A stretch of 64,000 nucleotides of DNA. Origin: an uncultured Clostridia bacterium. Its GTDB lineage: Bacteria; Bacillota; Clostridia; TANB77; CAG-508. Of this stretch, positions 1 to 8,266 are shown piece by piece. The notes under the pieces are model-generated. The model saw nothing but the letters and a program-made list of their open reading frames with translations. It ran no database searches and was not told the DNA's origin. The stretch is taken from positions 3,698 through 67,697 of the forward strand of contig CANQYM010000009.1 of NCBI GenBank assembly GCA_947628085.1, written 5' to 3'. Position numbers and translations under genes: made by a program. Within the stretch, counting starts at the first letter, position 1. Each line of letters opens with the position of its first letter.

Positions 1-1
1 A

Positions 2-307
2 ACAATAGATAAAGCACAAGAGGAATTGAATAAAATACCTTTAATACCATGTACTACTTGCAATTATTGTGCAAAAGTTTGTCCTAAAAACATTGGAATT
101 TCAGGATCATTTACAGCAATGAATATATTAACACTTTATAATGATATGGCTTTTGCTAAACATCAAGAGGAATGGTTAGTAAGTGGGCATGGAAAAGCAA
201 AAGCGTCAGAATGTATTAAATGTGGCGCTTGTGAAGGGGTTTGCCCACAACACATAAAAATTAGAGAAGAACTTGAAAAAGTTACAAATAATTGTATTAG
301 GAATTAA
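2..307 (+). CDS. C-terminal part of an aldo/keto-reductase-type oxidoreductase with a 4Fe-4S ferredoxin domain (5' end outside window)
   Basis: The frame is open from the window edge. Two Cys clusters are present (CTTCNYCAKVCP, CIKCGACEGVCP). The C-terminus parallels that of the full-length paralog at 1937..3091. Confidence 0.7.
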   Translation, partial: TIDKAQEELNKIPLIPCTTCNYCAKVCPKNIGISGSFTAMNILTLYNDMAFAKHQEEWLVSGHGKAKASECIKCGACEGVCPQHIKIREELEKVTNNCIRN

Positions 308-397
308 GAATTTTATAATTTACCTATCTTATGTTATAGCTTTTGCTTGTGTTTCATCTTTTTTTTATTAACTTGAATTATTTAAAAAATTATAAAT

Positions 398-439
398 AAA
401 GTGCAATTTCTAACATTTAAAGTGTAAAAATTGCACTTT
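398..439. repeat. Perfect 12-bp inverted repeat AAAGTGCAATTT / AAATTGCACTTT with an 18-nt spacer; candidate operator or start-codon-occluding hairpin
   Basis: Read directly from the sequence. The right arm overlaps the TTG start (438) of the HTH gene. Confidence 0.6.
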
Positions 440-629
440 GGAAGAACAAGCAATTATAAATATATTAAAGATTAATCCAACGGAAACCCAAGAAAATATA
501 GCAAATCAAATAAATAAATCTTTAAGAACTGTGAAAACTTATATGTCAGAGATGCAAAAGAAAGGACTAATAGAAAGAAAAAATAGTAAAAAAAGTGGAA
601 AATGGATTGTAAATAAGATAAACTATTAA
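438..629 (+). CDS. Small winged-helix/HTH DNA-binding protein (63 aa)
   Basis: The segment TQENIANQINKSLRTVKTYMSEMQKKGLIERK resembles a MarR/ArsR-type HTH plus wing. It has a TTG start and no clear SD, so the start is uncertain. Confidence 0.5.
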   Translation: MEEQAIINILKINPTETQENIANQINKSLRTVKTYMSEMQKKGLIERKNSKKSGKWIVNKINY

Positions 630-732
630 ATATGAACAGATTAGTTTGATATAATCAGTTCGCGAAATTACAATTTGTGTTAATATTGACTGGAAATCAA
701 ACAAATATAATAAAATATTGGAGTATAGTAAA

Positions 733-1412
733 ATGAATGAAAATATTACAACCTATGAAAAATATTTTTTAAAATTTTTCAAATTAACTCAAATAGATTT
801 TACATCTATTAATGATTTTTTTAATATGGTAAAAGGAATGGTAGAGCAACAAAACAAAGCAATAGAAAATAATGAAACTATTGGAAAAGCTACTATTGTT
901 GTAGGATACTCTGGAAACGGAAAAACAACATATATAAATAACCATAAGAATGAAAATAGTTGTGTAATTTCGATGGATCAAGTTACAAGAGAACTCTATA
1001 AAGAAAAAGGTGGAAAAAAAGTACTCCTGTAGAAATAATTAAAAGATTTGGAGAAAAATTAGAGGAAGCATCTATTGCTAAAAAGAAAGATATATATATA
1101 GATGGATTATGGTTAAATTTATTAACAAGAATGTCTTTAGTTCAATCTTTGAAACATTTAGGATATGATGTAACTCTTGTTTCATTACTTGATAGAGATT
1201 TAGTAAGCAGTTGTTTAAAGAATAGAATAATAGATGAAACAAAAAATTTGAGTAAAGATTCTGATGAATATCAGCGTAAAAAAGATTTTATAATAAATTT
1301 TCATAATGATGAAGAAAAAAGAAATGCTGTAAATGAACAACTACGAAATAATATGTTTAAATTAGGAGTAAATCATTATATTGATTTTGGAAGAAACAAT
1401 GAGAGAATATGA
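733..1412 (+). pseudogene. P-loop NTPase/kinase (AAA_33 / zeta-toxin-like fold) interrupted by a 1-nt frameshift at an A7 run
   Basis: Walker A motif GYSGNGKTTY is present. The first frame stops at 1030-1032. The continuation (TPVEIIKRFGEKLEE...IYIDGLWLN...) is open in the next frame from 1002. The A7 run lies at 1014-1020. An SD (GGAG, 720-723) precedes the ATG at 733. Confidence 0.6.
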
Positions 1413-1911
1413 AAACTATTTAGAATATAAGAAAAATAAAAGCAAAATTAAGGTATTATTTGTATGTTTAGGTAATATATGTCGTTCTCCAATGGCTGAA
1501 TTTATATTTAAAGATATGATAAATAAGGAAGGATTAACTGACAAATTTATAGTAAAATCAGCAGCGACAAGTTACGAAGAAATTGGAAACGATATTCACT
1601 ATGGTGCAAAGGATAAACTAATTCAAAAAAATATTCCTTTTACTAAAAGAAAAGCAACTAGAATAACTGCTGAAGATTATAATAATTATAATTTTATAAT
1701 TGGAATGGAAGAATCTAATATAAAAGCTATAAAACGAATTGTAGGAGAAGATTTAGATAATAAAATTAGTAAATTATTAGATTATTCAGATAATTCAAGA
1801 GATATCGCAGATCCTTGGTATACTGGTAATTTTGAAATCACTTATAACGACATAGTAGAAGGATGTAGTGGCTTTTTAAATTATTTAAAAAATACTAATA
1901 TTATAAATTAA
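1399..1911 (+). CDS. Low-molecular-weight protein-tyrosine phosphatase (LMW-PTP / arsenate-reductase fold)
   Basis: CX5R(S/T) P-loop VCLGNICRSPMAE near the N-terminus and a DPWY motif (Asp general acid). Its start overlaps the end of the kinase ORF. Confidence 0.85.
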   Translation: MREYENYLEYKKNKSKIKVLFVCLGNICRSPMAEFIFKDMINKEGLTDKFIVKSAATSYEEIGNDIHYGAKDKLIQKNIPFTKRKATRITAEDYNNYNFIIGMEESNIKAIKRIVGEDLDNKISKLLDYSDNSRDIADPWYTGNFEITYNDIVEGCSGFLNYLKNTNIIN

Positions 1912-1936
1912 AACTATAATAAAAGGAGAATCAATT

Positions 1937-3091
1937 ATGAATTATAGAAAGTTAGGGAGAACTAATATAAAAGTTAGTGAAATTGCTTTTGGATGTGAAG
2001 GCTTTAATGGAAAAAATTTAGAAGAAACAAAAAATATGTTAGAATATGGCTTTAAAAAAGGTATTAATTTTATAGATTTATATAGCTCAAATCCAGAGTT
2101 GAGAAGCAATTTAGGTCAAGCAATTAAAGAACTAGATATAAGAAAAGATTTTGTAATAGAAGCACATATAGGTTCAACTTGGAAAAATGGACAATATGAA
2201 AGAACAAGAAATTTAGAAGCAAATAAAATTGCTTTTGAAGATTTACTAGAAAGATTGCAAACAGATTATATTGATGTTGGAATGATTCATTATATGGATG
2301 CAGAAGACGATTACCAAAAAGTTTTTAATGGCGAAATAATAGAATATGTAAAAGGATTAAAGTTAGAAGGAAAGATAAAATCAATAGGATTAAGTACACA
2401 CAATCCTATTGTAGCAAAAAAAGCAGTTCAAACAGGTTTAATTGATGTTGTTTTATTTTCTATTAATCCATGTTATGATGTTCAACCAGCAACAGAAGAT
2501 TGCAATGATCTATGGAATGAGAGTAATTATAAAAACATAGAATTTAAAATTGATAAAGATAGAGAAGAATTTTATGAATTATGTGAAAAAGATAATATCG
2601 GAATTACAGTAATGAAATGTTATGGAGGAGGAGATTTACTAGATAAGGATTTATCTCCATTTAAAGTAGCATTAACACCAGTACAATGTATTCATTATTG
2701 TTTGACAAGACCTGGGGTATCAGCTGTAATGCTAGGCGTAAAAACAAACGAAGAAATAGATGAAGCTCTAAAATATGAAACTGCAAATATAGAAGAAAGA
2801 GATTACGGAGAGATATTATCAAAGTTACCTAAAAATAATATGGATGGAAAATGTGTTTATTGTGGGCATTGTGCTCCATGCACAGTAGGTATAGATATTG
2901 CAAGTGTTAATAAATATACAAGTTTAGTAAAAGCACAAAAAGAAATACCAGAAACAGTAAGAGAGCATTATAAAGAACTAAAACATCATGCAGGAGAATG
3001 TATTAAATGTGGTAGATGTGAAAAAAATTGTCCATTCCATGTAAATATTATTATGAAAATGGAAGAAGCAGTAGAAATATTTGGTTATTAA
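1937..3091 (+). CDS. Aldo/keto reductase fused to a C-terminal 4Fe-4S dicluster domain
   Basis: AKR-like N-terminus (RKLGRTNIKVSEIAFG..., IDLYSS) and C-terminal CVYCGHCAPC and CIKCGRCEKNCP motifs. SD is AAGGAG. Confidence 0.8.
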   Translation: MNYRKLGRTNIKVSEIAFGCEGFNGKNLEETKNMLEYGFKKGINFIDLYSSNPELRSNLGQAIKELDIRKDFVIEAHIGSTWKNGQYERTRNLEANKIAFEDLLERLQTDYIDVGMIHYMDAEDDYQKVFNGEIIEYVKGLKLEGKIKSIGLSTHNPIVAKKAVQTGLIDVVLFSINPCYDVQPATEDCNDLWNESNYKNIEFKIDKDREEFYELCEKDNIGITVMKCYGGGDLLDKDLSPFKVALTPVQCIHYCLTRPGVSAVMLGVKTNEEIDEALKYETANIEERDYGEILSKLPKNNMDGKCVYCGHCAPCTVGIDIASVNKYTSLVKAQKEIPETVREHYKELKHHAGECIKCGRCEKNCPFHVNIIMKMEEAVEIFGY

Positions 3092-3166
3092 TTAAGTAAA
3101 ACTCGATATCTATTAGGAGAGCGCCTTTTTCATCTTTTATTTTTTATAAGGAAAATTAATTTTAAA

Positions 3167-3892
3167 ATGAATGTAAAAGAATATTTAAATAAAAAAGTTA
3201 AAGTAAATATTGATAGAAAAATGGGAAGTAAACATCCAAAACATGGATTTGTTTATCCTGTTAATTATGGCTTTATACCCAACACAATAAGTGGAGATGG
3301 AGAAGAATTAGATTGTTATATTTTAGGAGTATATGAACCATTAGAAGAATTTGAGGGAGAATGTATAGCTATAATTCACAGATTAAACGATAATGATGAT
3401 AAGCTAATTATTGTTCCAAATGGTATGAATTTTAGTAATAATGAAATAGACGCGTTAGTTGAATTTCAGGAGAGATTTTTTAAGCATGAAATTATAAGAG
3501 ACAATATCGAATTTAATAGTTTAATACCAGAACTAAGTGTATCTAATATAGAAATAAGTAAAAATTTTTATTTACAACTAGGATTTACTGTAAAATATGA
3601 AAGAAAAGAAAATAAATTTTGCTTTTTACAATTAGAAGAAAATCAAATAATGATAGAAGAAACAAATGATAATTGGAACACTGCAAAATTAGAACATCCA
3701 TATGGACGTGGAATTAACTTAAGTATGACTTTAAAAAATGTTGAAGAAAAATATAATGAATTAAAAAGTAAAAAAATTAAATTCTTTTTAGATTTAGAAA
3801 CTCACGAATATAAAGCTAATAATAAAACTTTTTTAGACAAAGAATTTCTAATTCAAGATCCAGATGGGTATCTATTAAGATTTAATAGTTAA
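3167..3892 (+). CDS. Fusion protein: family-I inorganic pyrophosphatase-like N-domain plus glyoxalase/bleomycin-resistance (VOC) C-domain
   Basis: N-terminal VNYGFIPNTISGDGEELDCYILG and DDKLIIVP resemble a PPase. C-terminal FYLQLGFTV...IQDPDGYLLRF resembles a VOC domain. Confidence 0.55.
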   Translation: MNVKEYLNKKVKVNIDRKMGSKHPKHGFVYPVNYGFIPNTISGDGEELDCYILGVYEPLEEFEGECIAIIHRLNDNDDKLIIVPNGMNFSNNEIDALVEFQERFFKHEIIRDNIEFNSLIPELSVSNIEISKNFYLQLGFTVKYERKENKFCFLQLEENQIMIEETNDNWNTAKLEHPYGRGINLSMTLKNVEEKYNELKSKKIKFFLDLETHEYKANNKTFLDKEFLIQDPDGYLLRFNS

Positions 3893-3916
3893 AATATGAT
3901 GTAAAATGGAGGAAAA

Positions 3917-5737
3917 ATGGAAAAATTAAAAGAAATAAATATAAGCTTTTTTCTATTACTTGTGCTTTTTATGCAAGTAATTATTTCAGATACTATTATT
4001 TATTTTTTTAATGCAAGATATATAGTTGCTCAAATTATTGGATTAATAATTAACATTATAATTAATATATTACTAATTAAAAAAGTTTATAAAATAAAAC
4101 ATGATTTTTCAAAATGGGATAGTATATTTTTTATTATAATATTCCTAATGTTTATTGCAACAATTGCTTTTCCAAATAGATTAAGTGATACTTATACATA
4201 TCACTTATACTTACAAAAATATACATTTACAGATAAAATAAATGAAGACTTTTTTCCTGGAAGAACTGTAACATCTTTTATTTTTCCAATTATTGATAGA
4301 TTATTTTATTTATTTAGATCAAAACTAGGATTTAGATTAGGAACACTACCATCATATTTCATATTCATAGTAATTTTCTATCAAATAAAAAAAATAATAA
4401 AAAAATTTGTAGGTGAAAACTTAAAACCTTATCAGTTATCAATATTATCTATATTACCAATAGGCACCTTTATTTTATTACAACAAGTAGGATCATACTA
4501 TATAGATAATTTTTCGGTGAGCCTACTACTAGAGTTTTCATATATTATATTATTTGAAAATGAAAACTTATTTAAAAACAAGAAAAGACTATACTTTTTA
4601 GCATTTTTGGTTGGATTAATAGTTTGTACAAAACTTACAAATGCAGTTTATTTAATATTGCCAATCATATATATTTTAATACATAATATTAAAGATATAA
4701 AAAATATAAAGTGGTATGATTATATTTTCCTAATTATAACCGCTTTACTACCTTTGTTACCTTATTTACTTGATACAATATTGCAAACAGGAAGTCCAGT
4801 ATTTCCATATTATAACACAATTTTTAAATCTAAATATTTTGCAAATGAAAACTGGGTGGACAATAGATTTGGAACCAAAAATTTATTTGAAGTAATAGTT
4901 TGGCCAATATATATTATAATATTTCCTAGAAGAGCATATGAAACATCTAGAACAGACTTAAACTTTGGAATAGGGTATATAATTTCAATAATATATTTAT
5001 TATATATTTTATGTAAAAGAATATTTAAGAAAGAAAAAATAAAACTATCTACAAATATTTTATATTGCATATATATCATATATTTATGCTTAATATGGGC
5101 TAAATTTTCAATAGGATATACAAGATATGCTGGAATTATACCAGTTTTATCAAGCATACTTGTAATAAAATTACTAATTAGTCTAATAGATAAAAAAGCA
5201 ATTTTGTCTACAATAGTAGTTGCTTTTATATTAGCAGTTGCAAGCATTAGTGGATTTTATGAATGGATTACACATAACGTGCTTATTTATTATGAAAATA
5301 ATTTAGAAAACTTAAAAACAAATGTTATATGTTTATTAAAAGACCAAGACTATTTAAAATATGATATAGATGGAATATGGGGAGTAATAACTGATGATAG
5401 TGGTATTCCTTCAATGCTAAATGTTGATGACAGAATAGTTCAATTATCTACTGGATTTAAAATTGGAGAAACAGAAGCATCAGAAAAAATATATTGGGAT
5501 AATGTGTTAAACAATGATATATATGTTCCAATATATGGTCGAGATTCTGAGTTAAAATTAAAAGAATTAGATGATTTCCATTTTGAAATTACAGAAATAG
5601 CTAGTATATTGCCAAATGTATTATATCTTGAAAATGCTACTCCAATATATATAATTAAAGTTAAATATAATGAAAACAAAACTACACCTAATTTTATATT
5701 ATTTAATCAAATATTAGAAAATAAAAGTGATTTTTAA
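3917..5737 (+). CDS. Large polytopic membrane protein, possibly a GT-C type (ArnT/PMT-like) glycosyltransferase, with a soluble C-terminal domain
   Basis: 606 aa. The first ~430 aa hold more than 10 hydrophobic segments, and the C-terminal ~170 aa are hydrophilic. Function is inferred from architecture only. Confidence 0.35.
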   Translation: MEKLKEINISFFLLLVLFMQVIISDTIIYFFNARYIVAQIIGLIINIIINILLIKKVYKIKHDFSKWDSIFFIIIFLMFIATIAFPNRLSDTYTYHLYLQKYTFTDKINEDFFPGRTVTSFIFPIIDRLFYLFRSKLGFRLGTLPSYFIFIVIFYQIKKIIKKFVGENLKPYQLSILSILPIGTFILLQQVGSYYIDNFSVSLLLEFSYIILFENENLFKNKKRLYFLAFLVGLIVCTKLTNAVYLILPIIYILIHNIKDIKNIKWYDYIFLIITALLPLLPYLLDTILQTGSPVFPYYNTIFKSKYFANENWVDNRFGTKNLFEVIVWPIYIIIFPRRAYETSRTDLNFGIGYIISIIYLLYILCKRIFKKEKIKLSTNILYCIYIIYLCLIWAKFSIGYTRYAGIIPVLSSILVIKLLISLIDKKAILSTIVVAFILAVASISGFYEWITHNVLIYYENNLENLKTNVICLLKDQDYLKYDIDGIWGVITDDSGIPSMLNVDDRIVQLSTGFKIGETEASEKIYWDNVLNNDIYVPIYGRDSELKLKELDDFHFEITEIASILPNVLYLENATPIYIIKVKYNENKTTPNFILFNQILENKSDF

Positions 5738-5753
5738 AAGAGAGGGAAAATTT

Positions 5754-6377
5754 ATGAAAATTTTATATGGCACAGGAAATAAAGCAAAAGTAGAAGCAAT
5801 GAGAAAAATAATCAGTTCACATGGCTTTGATGCTGAGTTATTTACAATTAAAGACATTGGTTTTAATAAAGAAATAGTTGAAGATGGAACTACTTTTGAA
5901 GAAAATTCTGAAATAAAAGCAAATGCAATTAGAGAATTCTGCTTAGAAAATAATATAACAGATAAAATAATAATAACAGATGATGCAGGATTATGTGTAG
6001 ATAAATTAAATGGAGAACCAGGAGTTTACACAGGTAGATATGCAGGAGAACATCCTACACAAGAAGAAAACTTAAACAAATTATTAAACAATATGAAACA
6101 ATATACAAATCTTGAAGATAGAAAATGCAAATTTGTATGTGTGCTAACTGCGATTCTTCCAAGTGGAGAAAAAATTGTAGCTAGAGGAGAATGTAAAGGA
6201 ACAATAGCACTAAAACCTGGAAAATTGGGTGGCTTAACTTATGGACCAGTATTTATACCAAATGGTTTTGATAAACCAATGGGAGATATGGAAGAGGAAG
6301 AATATGCTTCTGTACATAATCATAGAGATTTAGCTATGAACGAATTAGTTACGAAATTTAAAGAGTTAGGATATTAA
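5754..6377 (+). CDS. rdgB: Non-canonical purine NTP pyrophosphatase (RdgB/HAM1 family)
   Basis: MKILYGTGNKAKVEA..., TDDAGLCVDKLNGEPGVYTGRY, and F.P.G...GDM. The ATG at 5754 is preceded by GAGGGAAAA. Confidence 0.85.
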   Translation: MKILYGTGNKAKVEAMRKIISSHGFDAELFTIKDIGFNKEIVEDGTTFEENSEIKANAIREFCLENNITDKIIITDDAGLCVDKLNGEPGVYTGRYAGEHPTQEENLNKLLNNMKQYTNLEDRKCKFVCVLTAILPSGEKIVARGECKGTIALKPGKLGGLTYGPVFIPNGFDKPMGDMEEEEYASVHNHRDLAMNELVTKFKELGY

Positions 6378-6385
6378 AATTTAAA

Positions 6386-6424
6386 GGGGCTTTTATAAAA
6401 AATAAAAGCTTCTTTTATTTTTTG
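6386..6424 (+). terminator. Rho-independent terminator after rdgB
   Basis: Stem GCTTTTAT / ATAAAAGC followed by a T-run. Confidence 0.6.
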
Positions 6425-6431
6425 TAAAAAG

Positions 6432-6445
6432 CGAACAAATGTATT
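6432..6445. promoter_or_regulatory. LexA (SOS) box candidate overlapping the -35 of recN
   Basis: CGAACAAATGTATT compared with the Firmicute consensus CGAAC-N4-GTTC/T. Confidence 0.55.
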
Positions 6446-6471
6446 GACAAAATTTAAAATAGAGTTATAAT
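6444..6471 (+). promoter_or_regulatory. Sigma-A type promoter of recN
   Basis: TTGACA, 16 nt spacer, TATAAT. Confidence 0.6.
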
Positions 6472-6480
6472 AATTATACC

Positions 6481-6494
6481 AAACATACATTCGC
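6481..6494. promoter_or_regulatory. Second LexA box candidate just downstream of the recN -10
   Basis: AAACATACATTCGC. Its reverse complement GCGAATGTATGTTT reads GAAT-N4-GTTT. Confidence 0.5.
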
Positions 6495-6550
6495 AAAAAG
6501 TTTAGAGGTAGCTTTAAAAACCTAAATATTTTAGTTAAGAGGTAAGTTTT

Positions 6551-8191
6551 ATGATAAATACATTACACATTAAAAATATTGGAATTATAGATGATGTTAC
6601 AATTAATTTTAACGAAGGCTTTAATGTTTTAACAGGTGAAACAGGAGCTGGAAAAACTCTTATAATTGGATCTTTTCAAATTTTATCTGGTGGCAGATTT
6701 TCAAAAGAAATGATAAGAACAGGAGAAAAAAACTCTTTTGTAGAAGCTAGTTTTTACTTACCAAATTTTAATTTTGAAGATGATATGGTAGTTGTTTCAA
6801 GAGAAATAAATATTAATGGAAAAAATATATGTAAAATAAATGGAAGACTAGTTACAGTTTCAGAACTTAAAAATTTTATGAGTAATATAATAGATATTCA
6901 TGGACAAAATGAAAATCAATCTATTCTTGATGTATCAACACATATAAGTTTAATAGATGATTATGCTGGTAGCAATATGAAAGAAATAAAGGAAAAATAT
7001 AAAGATTTATATGAAGAATATCAAAAAGTAAGAGCTGAGTTAAACAGCAACTATGGAGATGAAAGAGAAAAACAAAGAAAACTAGATTTACTAAATTATC
7101 AAGTAAAAGAAATTGAAGAAGCAAATTTAAAAGAAGGGGAGGAAGAAGATTTAGAAACTAAAAGAAAAATGATGATGGCTTCTGAAAAAATAAACAGCAG
7201 CATACAAGAAGCAGAAACTCAAATAAATAATAACATTATAGATAGCATGAATATTGTAATAAAAGCTTTAGGAAAAATAGAGGAATTTAATGAAGAATAT
7301 TTGAAAGCAGGACAAAGACTAAAAGATGCATATTATGAAATTCAAGAAGTTGGAAGAGATATAGAAAACTTTTCAGAAGATGTATATTATGATGAAAAAG
7401 AGCAATATGAAATTGAAGAAAGGTTAGACCTAATAAATTCTTTAAAAAGAAAATATGGAAACAATATATTAGAAATACTAAAATACAAAGAAGAAACGCA
7501 AAAAGAAATTTTTGAAATAGAGAATTTAGATAGTTATATTCTAGATTTAAAAAATCAATTAAATAAAATAGAAAAAGAAATGTTAGATTTATCTAAACAA
7601 ATGCACGAAATTAGAATAAAATGTTCAGAAATTTTAAGTTCAAAAATAAATAGAGAATTAAAAGATTTAGAAATGAAAAATGCTAAATTTAGTGTAAAAA
7701 TAATTTTTTCAGAAGATATGAACTTTACTATTAATGGCTTAGATAAAGTTGAATTTGAAATATCAACAAACATTGGAGAAGAAGCTAAATCTCTTATAAA
7801 AATTGCATCAGGTGGTGAAATGTCAAGAATAATGTTAGCAATAAAAAATGTTTTAGCTGAAGTAGATAAAATACCTGTAATCATTTTTGATGAAATAGAT
7901 ACAGGAATAAGTGGTGTGGCAGCAAATTGCACTGGAGAAAAAATGAAACAAATTTCTAAAAACCATCAAGTTCTTTGCGTAACCCATTTAGCTAGTATAG
8001 CTGCAAAGGGAGACTATAATTATTATGTTAGCAAAGAAGTTATTGAAGAAAAAACAAAAACAAAAATAAAACTATTAAATGAAGAAGAAGTTTTAAAAGA
8101 AATTGCTAGAATTTCAAGTGGTACAATAACAGATATTTCTATAAATCATGCAAAAGAATTAAGAAAAATGGGATTAAAAGAAATAGCTTAA
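6551..8191 (+). CDS. recN: DNA repair protein RecN
   Basis: N-terminal L.I.N...I.......F..G.NVLTGETGAGKTLII, long coiled-coil middle, and C-terminal ASGGEMSRIMLAIK and IFDEIDTGISG. Confidence 0.95.
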   Translation: MINTLHIKNIGIIDDVTINFNEGFNVLTGETGAGKTLIIGSFQILSGGRFSKEMIRTGEKNSFVEASFYLPNFNFEDDMVVVSREININGKNICKINGRLVTVSELKNFMSNIIDIHGQNENQSILDVSTHISLIDDYAGSNMKEIKEKYKDLYEEYQKVRAELNSNYGDEREKQRKLDLLNYQVKEIEEANLKEGEEEDLETKRKMMMASEKINSSIQEAETQINNNIIDSMNIVIKALGKIEEFNEEYLKAGQRLKDAYYEIQEVGRDIENFSEDVYYDEKEQYEIEERLDLINSLKRKYGNNILEILKYKEETQKEIFEIENLDSYILDLKNQLNKIEKEMLDLSKQMHEIRIKCSEILSSKINRELKDLEMKNAKFSVKIIFSEDMNFTINGLDKVEFEISTNIGEEAKSLIKIASGGEMSRIMLAIKNVLAEVDKIPVIIFDEIDTGISGVAANCTGEKMKQISKNHQVLCVTHLASIAAKGDYNYYVSKEVIEEKTKTKIKLLNEEEVLKEIARISSGTITDISINHAKELRKMGLKEIA

Positions 8192-8208
8192 ATTTTTTTA
8201 AGCCAGGC

Positions 8209-8235
8209 ACTATTAGAAAAAAGCAACATATACTA
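8209..8235 (+). promoter_or_regulatory. Candidate mother-cell (sigma-E/K type) promoter of the sigK-like gene
   Basis: AC, 16 nt spacer, CATATACTA, compared with consensus AC-N16/17-CATAnnnTA. Weak evidence in AT-rich DNA. Confidence 0.3.
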
Positions 8236-8266
8236 ATTTATAAGTGTGCTTAGGAGGTATTCTTAA

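Noticed and set aside
1131-1412. ORF 1131-1412 considered as an independent 93-aa gene
   Set aside because: The frame is open from 1002 and continues the P-loop kinase domain. There is no SD before 1131.
4810-5247. Many 60-165-aa minus-strand ORFs inside + strand genes (for example 4810-5247, 7555-7932, 12771-13106, 53110-53604, 54394-54732, 56948-57316)
   Set aside because: They are antisense to well-supported conserved genes. Their translations are low-complexity, and they lack ribosome-binding sites. They are typical frame shadows.
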